Assembly: GCA_934085635.1 (NCBI GenBank)
Contig: CAKOHL010000001.1
Coordinates: 1-38,859 of the forward strand
Length of the DNA: 38,859 bases
Reading direction: 5' to 3'
Source of the DNA: an uncultured Bacilli bacterium
GTDB lineage: Bacteria > Bacillota_I > Bacilli_A > RF39 > UBA660
In this document: piece by piece, positions 1 to 8,539 of the stretch
Numbering within the stretch: the stretch's first letter is position 1
Layout: the number at the start of each line of letters is the position of its first letter
The notes under the pieces: generated by a model
Told to the model about the DNA's origin: nothing
What the model saw: the letters and a program-made list of their open reading frames with translations, nothing else
Databases searched by the model: none
Translations under genes and position numbers: made by a program

Positions 1-1361
1 GCACTTACTGTACCAGTTGAACCAGCTGTTAATGTAACAGTAAATCCATCTTTAAAATCTATAGTACAATAATCAGGTGCTTTTATGTTAGATAATTTAA
101 TACTAGATGTTTCATTATCCCACACAGCAGTTGTACCTTTATCACAAGTTATTGTATTTACTAAATTAGTTTTTAATAAATCTTCAAATTTATCACTAGT
201 TGCTTTACCATTAACTGTATAACCTATAATCGCTACATCAGTTTCTGGAGATAAGATATAAGGATCAGCTTCTGTTCCAGAATTAATAACGTGAGTTTTA
301 TTTTTTAAATATATTACAGCTCTTGCATTAGTACTAGCACTTACTGTTTCATTATATCCACTAGTAGTTACCTCTTTTAATCCTTCTTCAGAATTTACTA
401 TAAATGGCATTTTTCTATTTAAATAAGTATTTACCCCACCTATTTCATTAAATTCATAATCAGTTAATAAACCAATATTAGTAAAGTTAGTATTTGCTGT
501 ACAACTAGTAGAATAACAATTAAAGTAATTAGTTTCTTCAATATAAGCATCTATACCAGTTAAAGTATTATAAAATGTTGTTAAATCAGCGTTATAAGTA
601 CTAGCAGTAGTACTAATTAATGTTTCACTTATTAACTTAGTTACATAAGAACCATTTATATCATAAGAACCTACTATTCTCCATATATTTTTAGTTTTAT
701 CTTCATCTTCAGGAAATTGTACATAGTTTTTTAAATTACCACCACCATATAAACAATTAGTAGTATCACTAGTAGTACAACTAGTATCTCCTTCAACTAC
801 ATCAATTAATTTATTAGTTTTACTAAACGCAAGTTCTGTAAAAGGTCCAGTTACTGTTTTATATCCATCAGTTAAATTAATTTCAGCAATAGTTCTATAA
901 GTATATCCCCCAAATGCAGCAAAACTTACAGTAGCAGAACTAGAATTACCACTATTATCTATAACTATTCTAACTTTCTTAGAATAAGTATTTTCATCAT
1001 AACCTTTAATATCTCCACTAGCTTCCCAAGCAGTTCTATCTGTATATTGTACAGTAGCATTACTAGTAGTTTTATAACCCAAACTATACTTAGTATTTAT
1101 AGAATTTATACTTGTAATAGTTACTACATAATAACCGGTTTTACCACTAGGTATAGTTACACTATTATTATCAATAGTACTTCCAGTACTACCATCTTCT
1201 ACTATAGTTATTCCATAATTTAATTTAGAAATCAATAACTCTGTTGCTTTATAACTTCCATTATTTACTATAAATGTAGCATAAGAAAGCCCTAGTACTG
1301 AAGTAAATAAAACACACACAGCAATTAATAATCCCCTCTTAGTTCTAAGAAATTTGCGCAT
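1..1361 (-). CDS. Secreted/cell-surface protein, N-terminal 453 codons (3' end lies beyond window start; not in supplied ORF track)
   Basis: Hand translation of the minus strand from ATG 1361-1359 is stop-free to position 1: MRKFLRTKRGLLIAVCVLFTSVLGLSYA/TFIVNNGSYKATELL... The basic n-region, hydrophobic core and S-Y-A resemble a Sec signal peptide. A purine-rich AAGGATGTGG lies just upstream. The body is Thr/Ser/Asn-rich with closely spaced Cys pairs (SCTTSDTTNC, NCYSTSC). Confidence 0.7.
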   Translation of the reverse strand, partial: MRKFLRTKRGLLIAVCVLFTSVLGLSYATFIVNNGSYKATELLISKLNYGITIVEDGSTGSTIDNNSVTIPSGKTGYYVVTITSINSINTKYSLGYKTTSNATVQYTDRTAWEASGDIKGYDENTYSKKVRIVIDNSGNSSSATVSFAAFGGYTYRTIAEINLTDGYKTVTGPFTELAFSKTNKLIDVVEGDTSCTTSDTTNCLYGGGNLKNYVQFPEDEDKTKNIWRIVGSYDINGSYVTKLISETLISTTASTYNADLTTFYNTLTGIDAYIEETNYFNCYSTSCTANTNFTNIGLLTDYEFNEIGGVNTYLNRKMPFIVNSEEGLKEVTTSGYNETVSASTNARAVIYLKNKTHVINSGTEADPYILSPETDVAIIGYTVNGKATSDKFEDLLKTNLVNTITCDKGTTAVWDNETSSIKLSNIKAPDYCTIDFKDGFTVTLTAGSTGTVS

Positions 1362-1393
1362 AATTTCCACATCCTTATTTTAATCCTATATTA

Positions 1394-1422
1394 ATTTTAA
1401 TACAGGGCACCTTTAAAGTCAA
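1394..1422 (-). promoter_or_regulatory. Sigma-A-type promoter for the 1-1361 gene
   Basis: Minus strand TTGACT (1422-1417), 17-nt spacer, TAAAAT (1399-1394), about 30 nt upstream of the ATG. Confidence 0.4.
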
Positions 1423-1453
1423 GAAATGCTTACTTACTTTTTAATATTTTTAC

Positions 1454-1488
1454 ACAAAAAATACTTTTGAAAGTTAAATCAAAAGTAT
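1454..1488 (-). terminator. Rho-independent terminator after dtd
   Basis: Perfect 10-bp stem atacttttga/tcaaaagtat (1461-1470 / 1479-1488) with an 8-nt loop, followed on the minus strand by TTTTTTGTG. Confidence 0.7.
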
Positions 1489-1495
1489 CTATTTA

Positions 1496-1942
1496 TTAAA
1501 ATAATTCATCTGAATCTAAAACTATTGTAACAGGCCCATCATTATATATTTCTACTTTCATATCAGTCCCAAATATACCTGTTTCAGTATGCACTATTTC
1601 ACTTAATTTTTTATTCATATATTCATATAAAACTTCAGCTTCACTAGGAGCCATTGCATTTATAAAAGAAGGTCTTCTTCCCTTTTTAGTATCAGCATAT
1701 AAAGTAAACTGGCTAATATTTAATATACTACCATTAGTATCAAGTAAACTTAAATTCATCTTCTCATTCTCATCTTCAAAAACTCTTAAATTTACTATCT
1801 TATCTATCATCTTATCTACTATAAGTTCATTATCTCCAGGCTTAAACCCACTAAGTAAAACAAACCCATTATCTATTTCGCCATTAACTTTACCATCAAT
1901 AGTAACTTTACTATATCTACTTCTTTGTAAGATTACTCTCAT
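1496..1942 (-). CDS. dtd: D-aminoacyl-tRNA deacylase
   Basis: 148 aa. Typical Dtd N-terminus MRVILQRS, an SGFKPGD segment and the C-terminal NDGPVT motif. Start overlaps the rel stop; rel-dtd order matches B. subtilis. Confidence 0.9.
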   Translation of the reverse strand: MRVILQRSRYSKVTIDGKVNGEIDNGFVLLSGFKPGDNELIVDKMIDKIVNLRVFEDENEKMNLSLLDTNGSILNISQFTLYADTKKGRRPSFINAMAPSEAEVLYEYMNKKLSEIVHTETGIFGTDMKVEIYNDGPVTIVLDSDELF

Positions 1943-4086
1943 TATCTCTCCACCCTACTTATAAATTTCATATTGGATAAATCATTCATAAACTTATCTA
2001 AAAACTCTTTATTCTTTACTTTACATACAAGTTCATATATCTCTTCATTCTTACTTCTACCTTTATTATTAATAGATGAAACAATAACATCACTCTTAGT
2101 AGCTAAAGAAATTATATCTACTAAATTATCATTAGAAGAATCTATATACACTTTTATACTAACAGTATACCTTTCTACTCCCATATCATTCCAAGCAACA
2201 TCAATTATTCTTTCAGTATCATTTTCTATCTCTTTACAATCTTTTCTATGTACACTTATACCATTACCTTTAGTAATATATCCTACTATTTCATCTCCAT
2301 AAACTGGTTTACAACAATTAGCTAAATTAGTAAGAATATCATTATATCCCGCTATTAGAATATTACCACTATTATTATTAGTATGTACATTCTTATTTTC
2401 AAGAAGTTTTTCAATAGTATCATCTTTCTTAGGATAAACTATTTCAATAAGTTTATTTACTACAGCTTGAGGAGTATATTTTAAAGAAACTATACCTAAA
2501 CAAATATCATTCATATCATCTGCTTTCAACTCAGTACATAATTTCTCTATATTAGCATTAGTAAGTAATTCATTTACACTATACTTTCTCTTCTTAATCT
2601 CTTCTTTAATTATCTCATTACCAGTAAGTATACTCTTTTCTTTCTCTTTCTTATAGAAATAACTCTTAATTCTAGACTTAGCACTTTCAGTCTTTACAAA
2701 CTTAAGCCAAGTTTTAGAAGGACTCTTCCCAGCTTGTGTTCTAAGTTCAACTATATCTCCATCTTGAAGTAAATAATCTAAACTAACTTGTTTACCATTT
2801 ACTAAAGTACCTATTAAAGTATTACCAACCTCTGAATGTATCTTATAAGCAAAATCGACTGGAGTAGACTTATCAGGAAGTTCTATAATATCTCCTTTAG
2901 GAGTAAATATATATATAAATTCTTTACTAATATTATTTTGAAAATTCTTAAAGAAATCAGTATTTCCTTCTATATCATTTACTTCAATCAAAGTCCTAAA
3001 CTGAGCAAGTTTAGTTTCAAGTTCATTAGTTTTACTTCCATCAATATGTTCCTTATAAGACCAGTGAGAAGCAACCCCGTGCTCTGCTATTTCATTCATC
3101 TCATAAGTACGTATCTGTACTTCATATACTTTACCATCAACTCCAAATACTGTAGTATGTAAACTTTGATACATATTATTTTTAGGATTAGCTATAAAAT
3201 CTTTAAATCTCTTTGGTATAGGTCTAAACTTAGAATGAATAAGTCCAACTACCAAATAACACTCTTCAGTTTTTTCAAGAAGTACTCTAAGTCCAAGTAA
3301 ATCATATATTTGATCCCACTTTCTACCAGAAGCAAGTTTATTATAAATACCCCTAACAGACTTAACTCTATAAGTAAGTTCATACTTAATCTCGTGTTCA
3401 TTAAGTATTTCCATTATTTCATCTCTCATCTTATATAAAGAATTCTCAAGTTCCTCTTTACTAGCATTAATCTTCTCTAATATTTCTTTATACTCTACTG
3501 GATGAGTAAGTCTTAAACAAATATCCTCAAGTTCACTCTTCATACTTTTAATACCAAGCCTATGCGCTATAGGTATAAAAATATTTTCTGTCTCAGAAAC
3601 AACCTCTTTAATATGTTCTTCATCTAAAGGATCTATAGTTCTTAAATTATCAAGTCTATCAGCAAGTTTAATAAATAATGTTATAGGATTCTCAGAAAGA
3701 CCTACTACTATTCTTCTATACTTATCTTTATCATTATCTTTATTAAAAGTCCTCTTAAGTCTACTTATTTTAGTAATAGAAGAAAGAATACTAAACACTT
3801 CTTCTCCAAACTCTTTTTTAACTTCTTCCTCAGTCATCTTTTCTAAGGTAAGCGCTTCGTGAATTAAACCGCACCCAATTGTAAGAGCATCCATCTTAAG
3901 TTCAGCAAGAATTATACTAACTCTCAAAGGATGACAAATATACTCTTCCCCTGATAATCTATTCATTCCATCATATATAATAATAGCTTTCTCATAATAT
4001 TTATTTACTATATTTATTCTATCTTCATCCATATATGACTTCAAAATAGTAATTAATTTTTCATAATCTTTTTCCTTAGTTTCCAT
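1942..4086 (-). CDS. relA: Bifunctional (p)ppGpp synthetase/hydrolase (RelA/SpoT family)
   Basis: 714 aa. HD hydrolase region (YICHPLRVSIILAEL, LIHEAL), synthetase region (YRVKSVRGIYNKL, DLLGLRVL, YQSLHTTV), TGS region (IYIFTPKGDIIELPDKSTPVDFAYKIHSEVGN) and an ACT-like C-terminus. Confidence 0.95.
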   Translation of the reverse strand: METKEKDYEKLITILKSYMDEDRINIVNKYYEKAIIIYDGMNRLSGEEYICHPLRVSIILAELKMDALTIGCGLIHEALTLEKMTEEEVKKEFGEEVFSILSSITKISRLKRTFNKDNDKDKYRRIVVGLSENPITLFIKLADRLDNLRTIDPLDEEHIKEVVSETENIFIPIAHRLGIKSMKSELEDICLRLTHPVEYKEILEKINASKEELENSLYKMRDEIMEILNEHEIKYELTYRVKSVRGIYNKLASGRKWDQIYDLLGLRVLLEKTEECYLVVGLIHSKFRPIPKRFKDFIANPKNNMYQSLHTTVFGVDGKVYEVQIRTYEMNEIAEHGVASHWSYKEHIDGSKTNELETKLAQFRTLIEVNDIEGNTDFFKNFQNNISKEFIYIFTPKGDIIELPDKSTPVDFAYKIHSEVGNTLIGTLVNGKQVSLDYLLQDGDIVELRTQAGKSPSKTWLKFVKTESAKSRIKSYFYKKEKEKSILTGNEIIKEEIKKRKYSVNELLTNANIEKLCTELKADDMNDICLGIVSLKYTPQAVVNKLIEIVYPKKDDTIEKLLENKNVHTNNNSGNILIAGYNDILTNLANCCKPVYGDEIVGYITKGNGISVHRKDCKEIENDTERIIDVAWNDMGVERYTVSIKVYIDSSNDNLVDIISLATKSDVIVSSINNKGRSKNEEIYELVCKVKNKEFLDKFMNDLSNMKFISRVER

Positions 4087-6284
4087 TATGCATTTATTCC
4101 TTTTATTAACCTTTCTTGTGGCTCATCATCTAAAACATCTTTCTTAATTTTAGGATGCTTAAACTTATGTACTTCAAGTCTATATAAAATATAAGGTGCT
4201 ATATATAAACTACTAAATGTACCAAAAGTAAGTCCAAATAATATTGTTAAATTAAATTCTCTAACTCCATTAGTATTCATAAGAAGTAAAACTATAACTG
4301 CTATTAAAGTTGTTAAACTAGCAAGTAAATTTCTCTTTAAAGTTAAACTAGTACTAGTATTAATAACATCTCTAATCTTATCTTCATTAATATTTTTAAT
4401 ACTCTTCATCTTATCTCTTATCATATCAAACACTATTATAGTATTATTTATTGAATAACCAATTATAGTAAGAATACCTGCTATAAATATAAAGTTAATC
4501 TCTATCTTAAATATTGCAAACAATGATATAGTTACTAAAACATCACTAAGAATCGCGCAAATACCACTAATACTATAATTACCAGCAAACCTAAATGCTA
4601 TATAAATAAGAATTGCAAGTCCAGCAAATAATAGTGACTTAATTGCATTAACAGTTAAATCTCTTTTAACTAAATTACTTATACTTGATATATCAGCATC
4701 TAACTTTAATTCTTCAAAATTCTTCTTAACTATTTTAATTTCATCACTACCTAGTGATTCACTTATTTTAATATAATACTCTTTATCAGATACCTTAGAT
4801 TCTTCTGTAATAGTATATTTATCTAATTTCTCATAAATCTTATCTTTATCTATAGTCTCACCACTTTTAACAGTAATTGCACTTCCTCCTTTAAAGTCTA
4901 CTCCAAAATTAAGCCCAGAAGTAAATGTTACTATAATTCCGACTATTATTATAATAGATACAATAGCTATATTATATTTAGAATATTTTAAATTATCTCT
5001 AACCTTAGCCTTCTTACATTTACCTAAAAGTATCTTTTCATTATTATCAAACTTATCTGTACTTATAAAATTAGAAAGTAAAAATCTATTAATTAATACC
5101 ATACTAATGCCAGTAACTATAATAGTTAAAATAAGCATAGTAGCAAAACCTTTAACACTAGATTCTCCAAGTATAAATAATACTAAAGCAGCTATAAAAG
5201 TAGTCAAATTGGCATCAATTAAGGACACTAAACTACGTTTATTACCATCTAAATAAGCATTCTTTAAGCTCTTACCATTACTTACTTCTTCTTTAATTTT
5301 CTCAATTGTAATAATACTTGAGTCAACAGCCATACCAATACCTAAGATAAGGGCTGCAATACCAGTTAATGTAAGTACTCCATCTATCAAAGTATAAAAC
5401 ATAAATACAAGTCCAACATATAAAACTAAACTTACAAAGCTTACTACTCCTGATAATCTATAATTAACAATCATAATAACAGAAATAATAAGTAAAGTAA
5501 TAAGTCCAGCTTTAGCTATTAAATTTAGAGTATTACTTCCATATGAAGCATCAACGCTTTTAGTACTTATCTCAGTTAACTTAGCTCTTAAACTACCAGA
5601 ATTAATTAAATCAACCAAAGTATTTGCTTCTTCTTCAGTAAAATTACCTTGAATAACTACATTACTTGAAAACCCTTCTTTAACAGTAGCAGCACTTATA
5701 CATTTAGTACTACTTTCCCCACATTTAGCTGTTTTATAAGAGTCTCCCTCTTCAAAATCAAGCCATATTGTAATAAGTTTATCATCACTTTCACTTATAC
5801 TTTTAGTAACTCTATAAAAAGTATCTTTATCTTTAATAGAAAGAGCAACAACTGGTTTACCAGTTTGCCTATCATAATCCAAACTAGCCCCAGGAGATGC
5901 AAGTACACTTGATGACATAACTTCCTCATCAGAAGTATTTCTAAAAGTTAAAACTGCTGGAGTAGTAAGTCTTTCTCTAGCTTCATCTTCATTTTGTACA
6001 CCAGGAAGTTTAACCCTAATTTTGTCTCCCTCAATAATAATTTCAGGTTCACTTACACCAAGTGTATCTATCCTATTTCTTATAGATTTATAAGTAGCTT
6101 TAATATCCGAATCCTTAAGTTCACTTCCATCTAAACTCTCAACTAAATAAAGAACTTCAAATCCACCCTTTAAATCTAATCCATAATTAATTTTCTTAAC
6201 AAATGTAAGTATCAAAAGTACTCCAATAATAAAAGCACTCAAAAGATACAAAATACTCTTAGTCAATGTTGTCTTTTTTTTCAT
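4086..6284 (-). CDS. secDF: Protein translocase subunit SecDF (fused)
   Basis: 732 aa multi-TM protein with the duplicated signatures GLDLKGGFEVLY (SecD) and GVDFKGGSAITV (SecF). Size and fusion match Bacillus SecDF. Confidence 0.9.
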   Translation of the reverse strand: MKKKTTLTKSILYLLSAFIIGVLLILTFVKKINYGLDLKGGFEVLYLVESLDGSELKDSDIKATYKSIRNRIDTLGVSEPEIIIEGDKIRVKLPGVQNEDEARERLTTPAVLTFRNTSDEEVMSSSVLASPGASLDYDRQTGKPVVALSIKDKDTFYRVTKSISESDDKLITIWLDFEEGDSYKTAKCGESSTKCISAATVKEGFSSNVVIQGNFTEEEANTLVDLINSGSLRAKLTEISTKSVDASYGSNTLNLIAKAGLITLLIISVIMIVNYRLSGVVSFVSLVLYVGLVFMFYTLIDGVLTLTGIAALILGIGMAVDSSIITIEKIKEEVSNGKSLKNAYLDGNKRSLVSLIDANLTTFIAALVLFILGESSVKGFATMLILTIIVTGISMVLINRFLLSNFISTDKFDNNEKILLGKCKKAKVRDNLKYSKYNIAIVSIIIIVGIIVTFTSGLNFGVDFKGGSAITVKSGETIDKDKIYEKLDKYTITEESKVSDKEYYIKISESLGSDEIKIVKKNFEELKLDADISSISNLVKRDLTVNAIKSLLFAGLAILIYIAFRFAGNYSISGICAILSDVLVTISLFAIFKIEINFIFIAGILTIIGYSINNTIIVFDMIRDKMKSIKNINEDKIRDVINTSTSLTLKRNLLASLTTLIAVIVLLLMNTNGVREFNLTILFGLTFGTFSSLYIAPYILYRLEVHKFKHPKIKKDVLDDEPQERLIKGINA

Positions 6285-6571
6285 AATAATGTTCCTTCCT
6301 CTTTAATTATCTCAATATCTCTCTTCTTAAGAATATCAAAAACATAACCCTTTATATCATTCTCTTTTAAATCCATAATATCTGTAACCATTTCAGACAA
6401 AGTCAAATCTTCTTTCTTAAGCCAAACATTCTCACTCAAATAATTCCAAATATCTTCTTCTTTAATATAAGAAACGTGATTCCTTTTAAGCTCCATTCTC
6501 TTAGAATAAAGAGCAGGTTTAATTCTATTATATAATTCCTCTAAATTTCTAAATTCTGAACTACCATTCAT
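6281..6571 (-). CDS. ComN-like post-transcriptional regulator family protein
   Basis: About 96 aa. Pattern IKPALYSKRMEL...EEDIWNYLSENVWLKK resembles B. subtilis ComN/YrzD, which also sits immediately upstream of secDF. Likely start is ATG 6571 (GGTGG 5 nt upstream) rather than the track's TTG at 6583. Confidence 0.55.
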   Translation of the reverse strand: MNGSSEFRNLEELYNRIKPALYSKRMELKRNHVSYIKEEDIWNYLSENVWLKKEDLTLSEMVTDIMDLKENDIKGYVFDILKKRDIEIIKEEGTLL

Positions 6572-6613
6572 TTTAACCACCAACCAAATTAAGTATACTA
6601 CATTTTACACAAT

Positions 6614-6643
6614 TTGAAAAGAAGACTTTTTCCTAAAGTCCTC
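6614..6643 (-). terminator. Rho-independent terminator closing the comEC-downstream cargo region
   Basis: Minus strand GAGGACTTT-AGGAA-AAAGTCTTC (one G.U pair) followed by TTTTC. Lies between the DUF1016 fragment and comN. Confidence 0.5.
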
Positions 6644-6842
6644 TTTAATCTATGTAAACGCCCTAACTAGACGTATACCTTATTATATGTAAAGTATGAA
6701 TATATATGACTTTTATTATCTCCATTTATATTTAATGTATTTTTTAAATTAATTATTAATATTTTAATTGTATCACTAATGCTTATACTTACTCTTTTAC
6801 CATCGTAATTCTGATGGTGTAATTTTTCTTTTTTTCCAAGCA

Positions 6843-6982
6843 CCTATATATTGCCATATTTTCCTCCAGCTTCAGTCAATAATCTACCTATTTCAAAATA
6901 TGTAATACCCTTATACCTTTCCTTTGAATAATCTTTTACTTTTGTATATGTTTCATTATCTATTAATTTATTCTTTTGTCAT
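6843..6982 (-). pseudogene. Frameshifted 5' fragment of a second DUF1016/YhcG nuclease gene
   Basis: About 130 nt here aligns with the 5' end of the intact gene (roughly 6846-6975 vs 7746-7875; tttcaaaatatgtaata..cctttgaataatcttttacttttgtatat is nearly identical). ATG 6982-6980 reads M-T-K-E-stop. The shifted frame gives KNKLIDNETYTKVKDYSKERYKGITYFEIGRLLTEAGGKYGNI-stop, matching residues 9-50 of the full protein. Confidence 0.8.
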
Positions 6983-7002
6983 ATAATCACATCCTATAGA
7001 TA

Positions 7003-7896
7003 CTATATCACAATAACATATTCTCTTATAGCAATTCTTTCATCTGAACAATATTCTATAACAAATTTATTTTCCCGTTTACAAATTAATATTCCCATTG
7101 TATTATTATTAAATTGTTCTTTTACATTCTTGTCTATATAATTCATATATTTTTGAACTTGTGATATGTATTCTACTTTAAACACAGTTACCTTTAATTC
7201 AACAACTACATAACAGTTATATTTTATATTAAATAACAACAAATCAACATAATGATTTCTATCACCTATCTTAAGCTTGTATTCATTACCTATAAAACTA
7301 AATGAATTACCAAGTTCTTTCATAAATGATTCAATATCTTCTAAAATTAAATTATGTAATGCTTTTTCAGTGGCTATTTCTATATTGTTCTTATTCCTAA
7401 TTAATATAGGATTAGGTACTAAATCTTTTATTTCAATCTCATTATTAAGTATTAGCTGATTTCTAGTTTCACTTGGTAATCTTTCATATTCTTTATTTTT
7501 AATTTTTTCTCTTAATTCTCTTTTTGATAAATTCCTTTTAAAAGCAATGTTTACATAATATAACAATTCATTTTCATCTTTAATAGATAATAATTCAGAA
7601 TAATGACTCCAAGATAATTTGGTCGCCAGTGGCGACCATTTTTCATCTTTGAACATTCTATAATATTGTCTAATACGTCTTAATGTTCTTTCATTATATT
7701 TTTTTCCAAACTCAACAACCAATCTATTTGAATAATTTTTTAAGATATTATCTCCATATTTACTACCTGCTTCATCTAATAGTTTTCCAATTTCAAAATA
7801 TGTAATAACTTTGTATCTTTCCTTTGAATAATCTTTTACTTTTGTATATATTTCATTATCAATCAATTTGTTTTTTATCTCGCTATAATAATTCAT
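7003..7896 (-). CDS. DUF1016 / YhcG-family PDDEXK nuclease
   Basis: 297 aa. N-terminal YhcG signature (YFEIGKLL..., RRIRQYYRMF, LSWSHYSELLSIKD, NLSKRELREKI). C-terminal PD-(D/E)xK-like core (HYVDLLLFNIKYNCYVVVELKV). RBS GGAAGGAAG 13 nt after the stop of the comEC pseudo-copy. Confidence 0.85.
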   Translation of the reverse strand: MNYYSEIKNKLIDNEIYTKVKDYSKERYKVITYFEIGKLLDEAGSKYGDNILKNYSNRLVVEFGKKYNERTLRRIRQYYRMFKDEKWSPLATKLSWSHYSELLSIKDENELLYYVNIAFKRNLSKRELREKIKNKEYERLPSETRNQLILNNEIEIKDLVPNPILIRNKNNIEIATEKALHNLILEDIESFMKELGNSFSFIGNEYKLKIGDRNHYVDLLLFNIKYNCYVVVELKVTVFKVEYISQVQKYMNYIDKNVKEQFNNNTMGILICKRENKFVIEYCSDERIAIREYVIVI

Positions 7897-7909
7897 ATCT
7901 TCTTCCTTC

Positions 7910-8479
7910 CTACGGACTGCAAGTTACTTTTTTTAACTTATTATTTTTAATCTTAAACATAACACTCCCATCTTCATCTGTTCTATATATTTTTGTGTTT
8001 ACTAAATTATTTAATACTGACTCTTTAGGATGACCATATCTGTTATTCTTACCAACACTAATAATCGCGTATTTAGGCTCTGTTTTATTTATAAAATATT
8101 TACTACTACTTGTTTTAGATCCATGATGTCCAACTTTTAATACATCAATATCTGATAGATTATACTTTTCTAAAATATCTTTTTCTTTATCTACCCCAGC
8201 GTCTCCCATAAACATAAATTTATATCCATTAAGTTCAGTATAAATAACATTACTATTATCGTTTTCGTTATCATATTCTTTTGTTTGTAAAAAATATAAT
8301 TTGTTATCATCTATATTTAACTCTTTAATACATGAATAATATTTTGTATTATTTTTATCTAATACCTTAATTAATTCCTTTTCTAAATCATTGAACTCGC
8401 CACAATTAAAAATAACTTTTTCTACTTTAAAGTTATTAACCAAATTTATTGCTTCGCCCATATGATCATAATCCCCGTG
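7910..8479 (-). pseudogene. Displaced 3' fragment of comEC (metallo-beta-lactamase domain only)
   Basis: The 183-aa ORF aligns along its whole length with the C-terminal ~185 aa of the intact ComEC (FMGDAG, LKVGHHGS, ISVGKNNRYGHPKESVLNNLVNTKIYRTDEDGS). Homology stops at ccccgtg (8473-8479), and an in-frame TGA lies 3 codons upstream of the HGDYDH codons. The ~525 N-terminal residues are absent. Confidence 0.85.
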
Positions 8480-8514
8480 TGGTGATTTTCAATTAGTAAG
8501 TCGAATTTAAGTAA

Positions 8515-8539
8515 AGAAAAAAGATTACATAATGTAACC
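8515..8539 (-). terminator. Rho-independent terminator after the 571-aa gene
   Basis: Minus strand, immediately after the TAA stop: GGTTACATTATGTAATC hairpin followed by TTTTTTC. Confidence 0.55.

Noticed and set aside
1973-3162. Plus-strand ORFs 1973-2302 and 2836-3162.
   Set aside because: They lie entirely antisense inside the well-supported rel gene. The products are Ser/Leu/Ile/Phe-rich and low-complexity, as expected for the antisense frame of AT-rich coding DNA, and there is no RBS.
7277-8033. Plus-strand ORFs 7277-7459 and 7824-8033.
   Set aside because: They are antisense to the DUF1016 gene and the comEC fragment. The products are low-complexity and hydrophobic, with no start context.
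7910-8461. The 183-aa ORF as a functional stand-alone metallo-beta-lactamase hydrolase.
   Set aside because: It begins exactly after the HxDxDH metal-binding motif and lacks the preceding QGD region. It has no RBS at its ATG, sits behind a terminator, and is a truncated copy of the comEC C-terminus, so it is better treated as a pseudogene.
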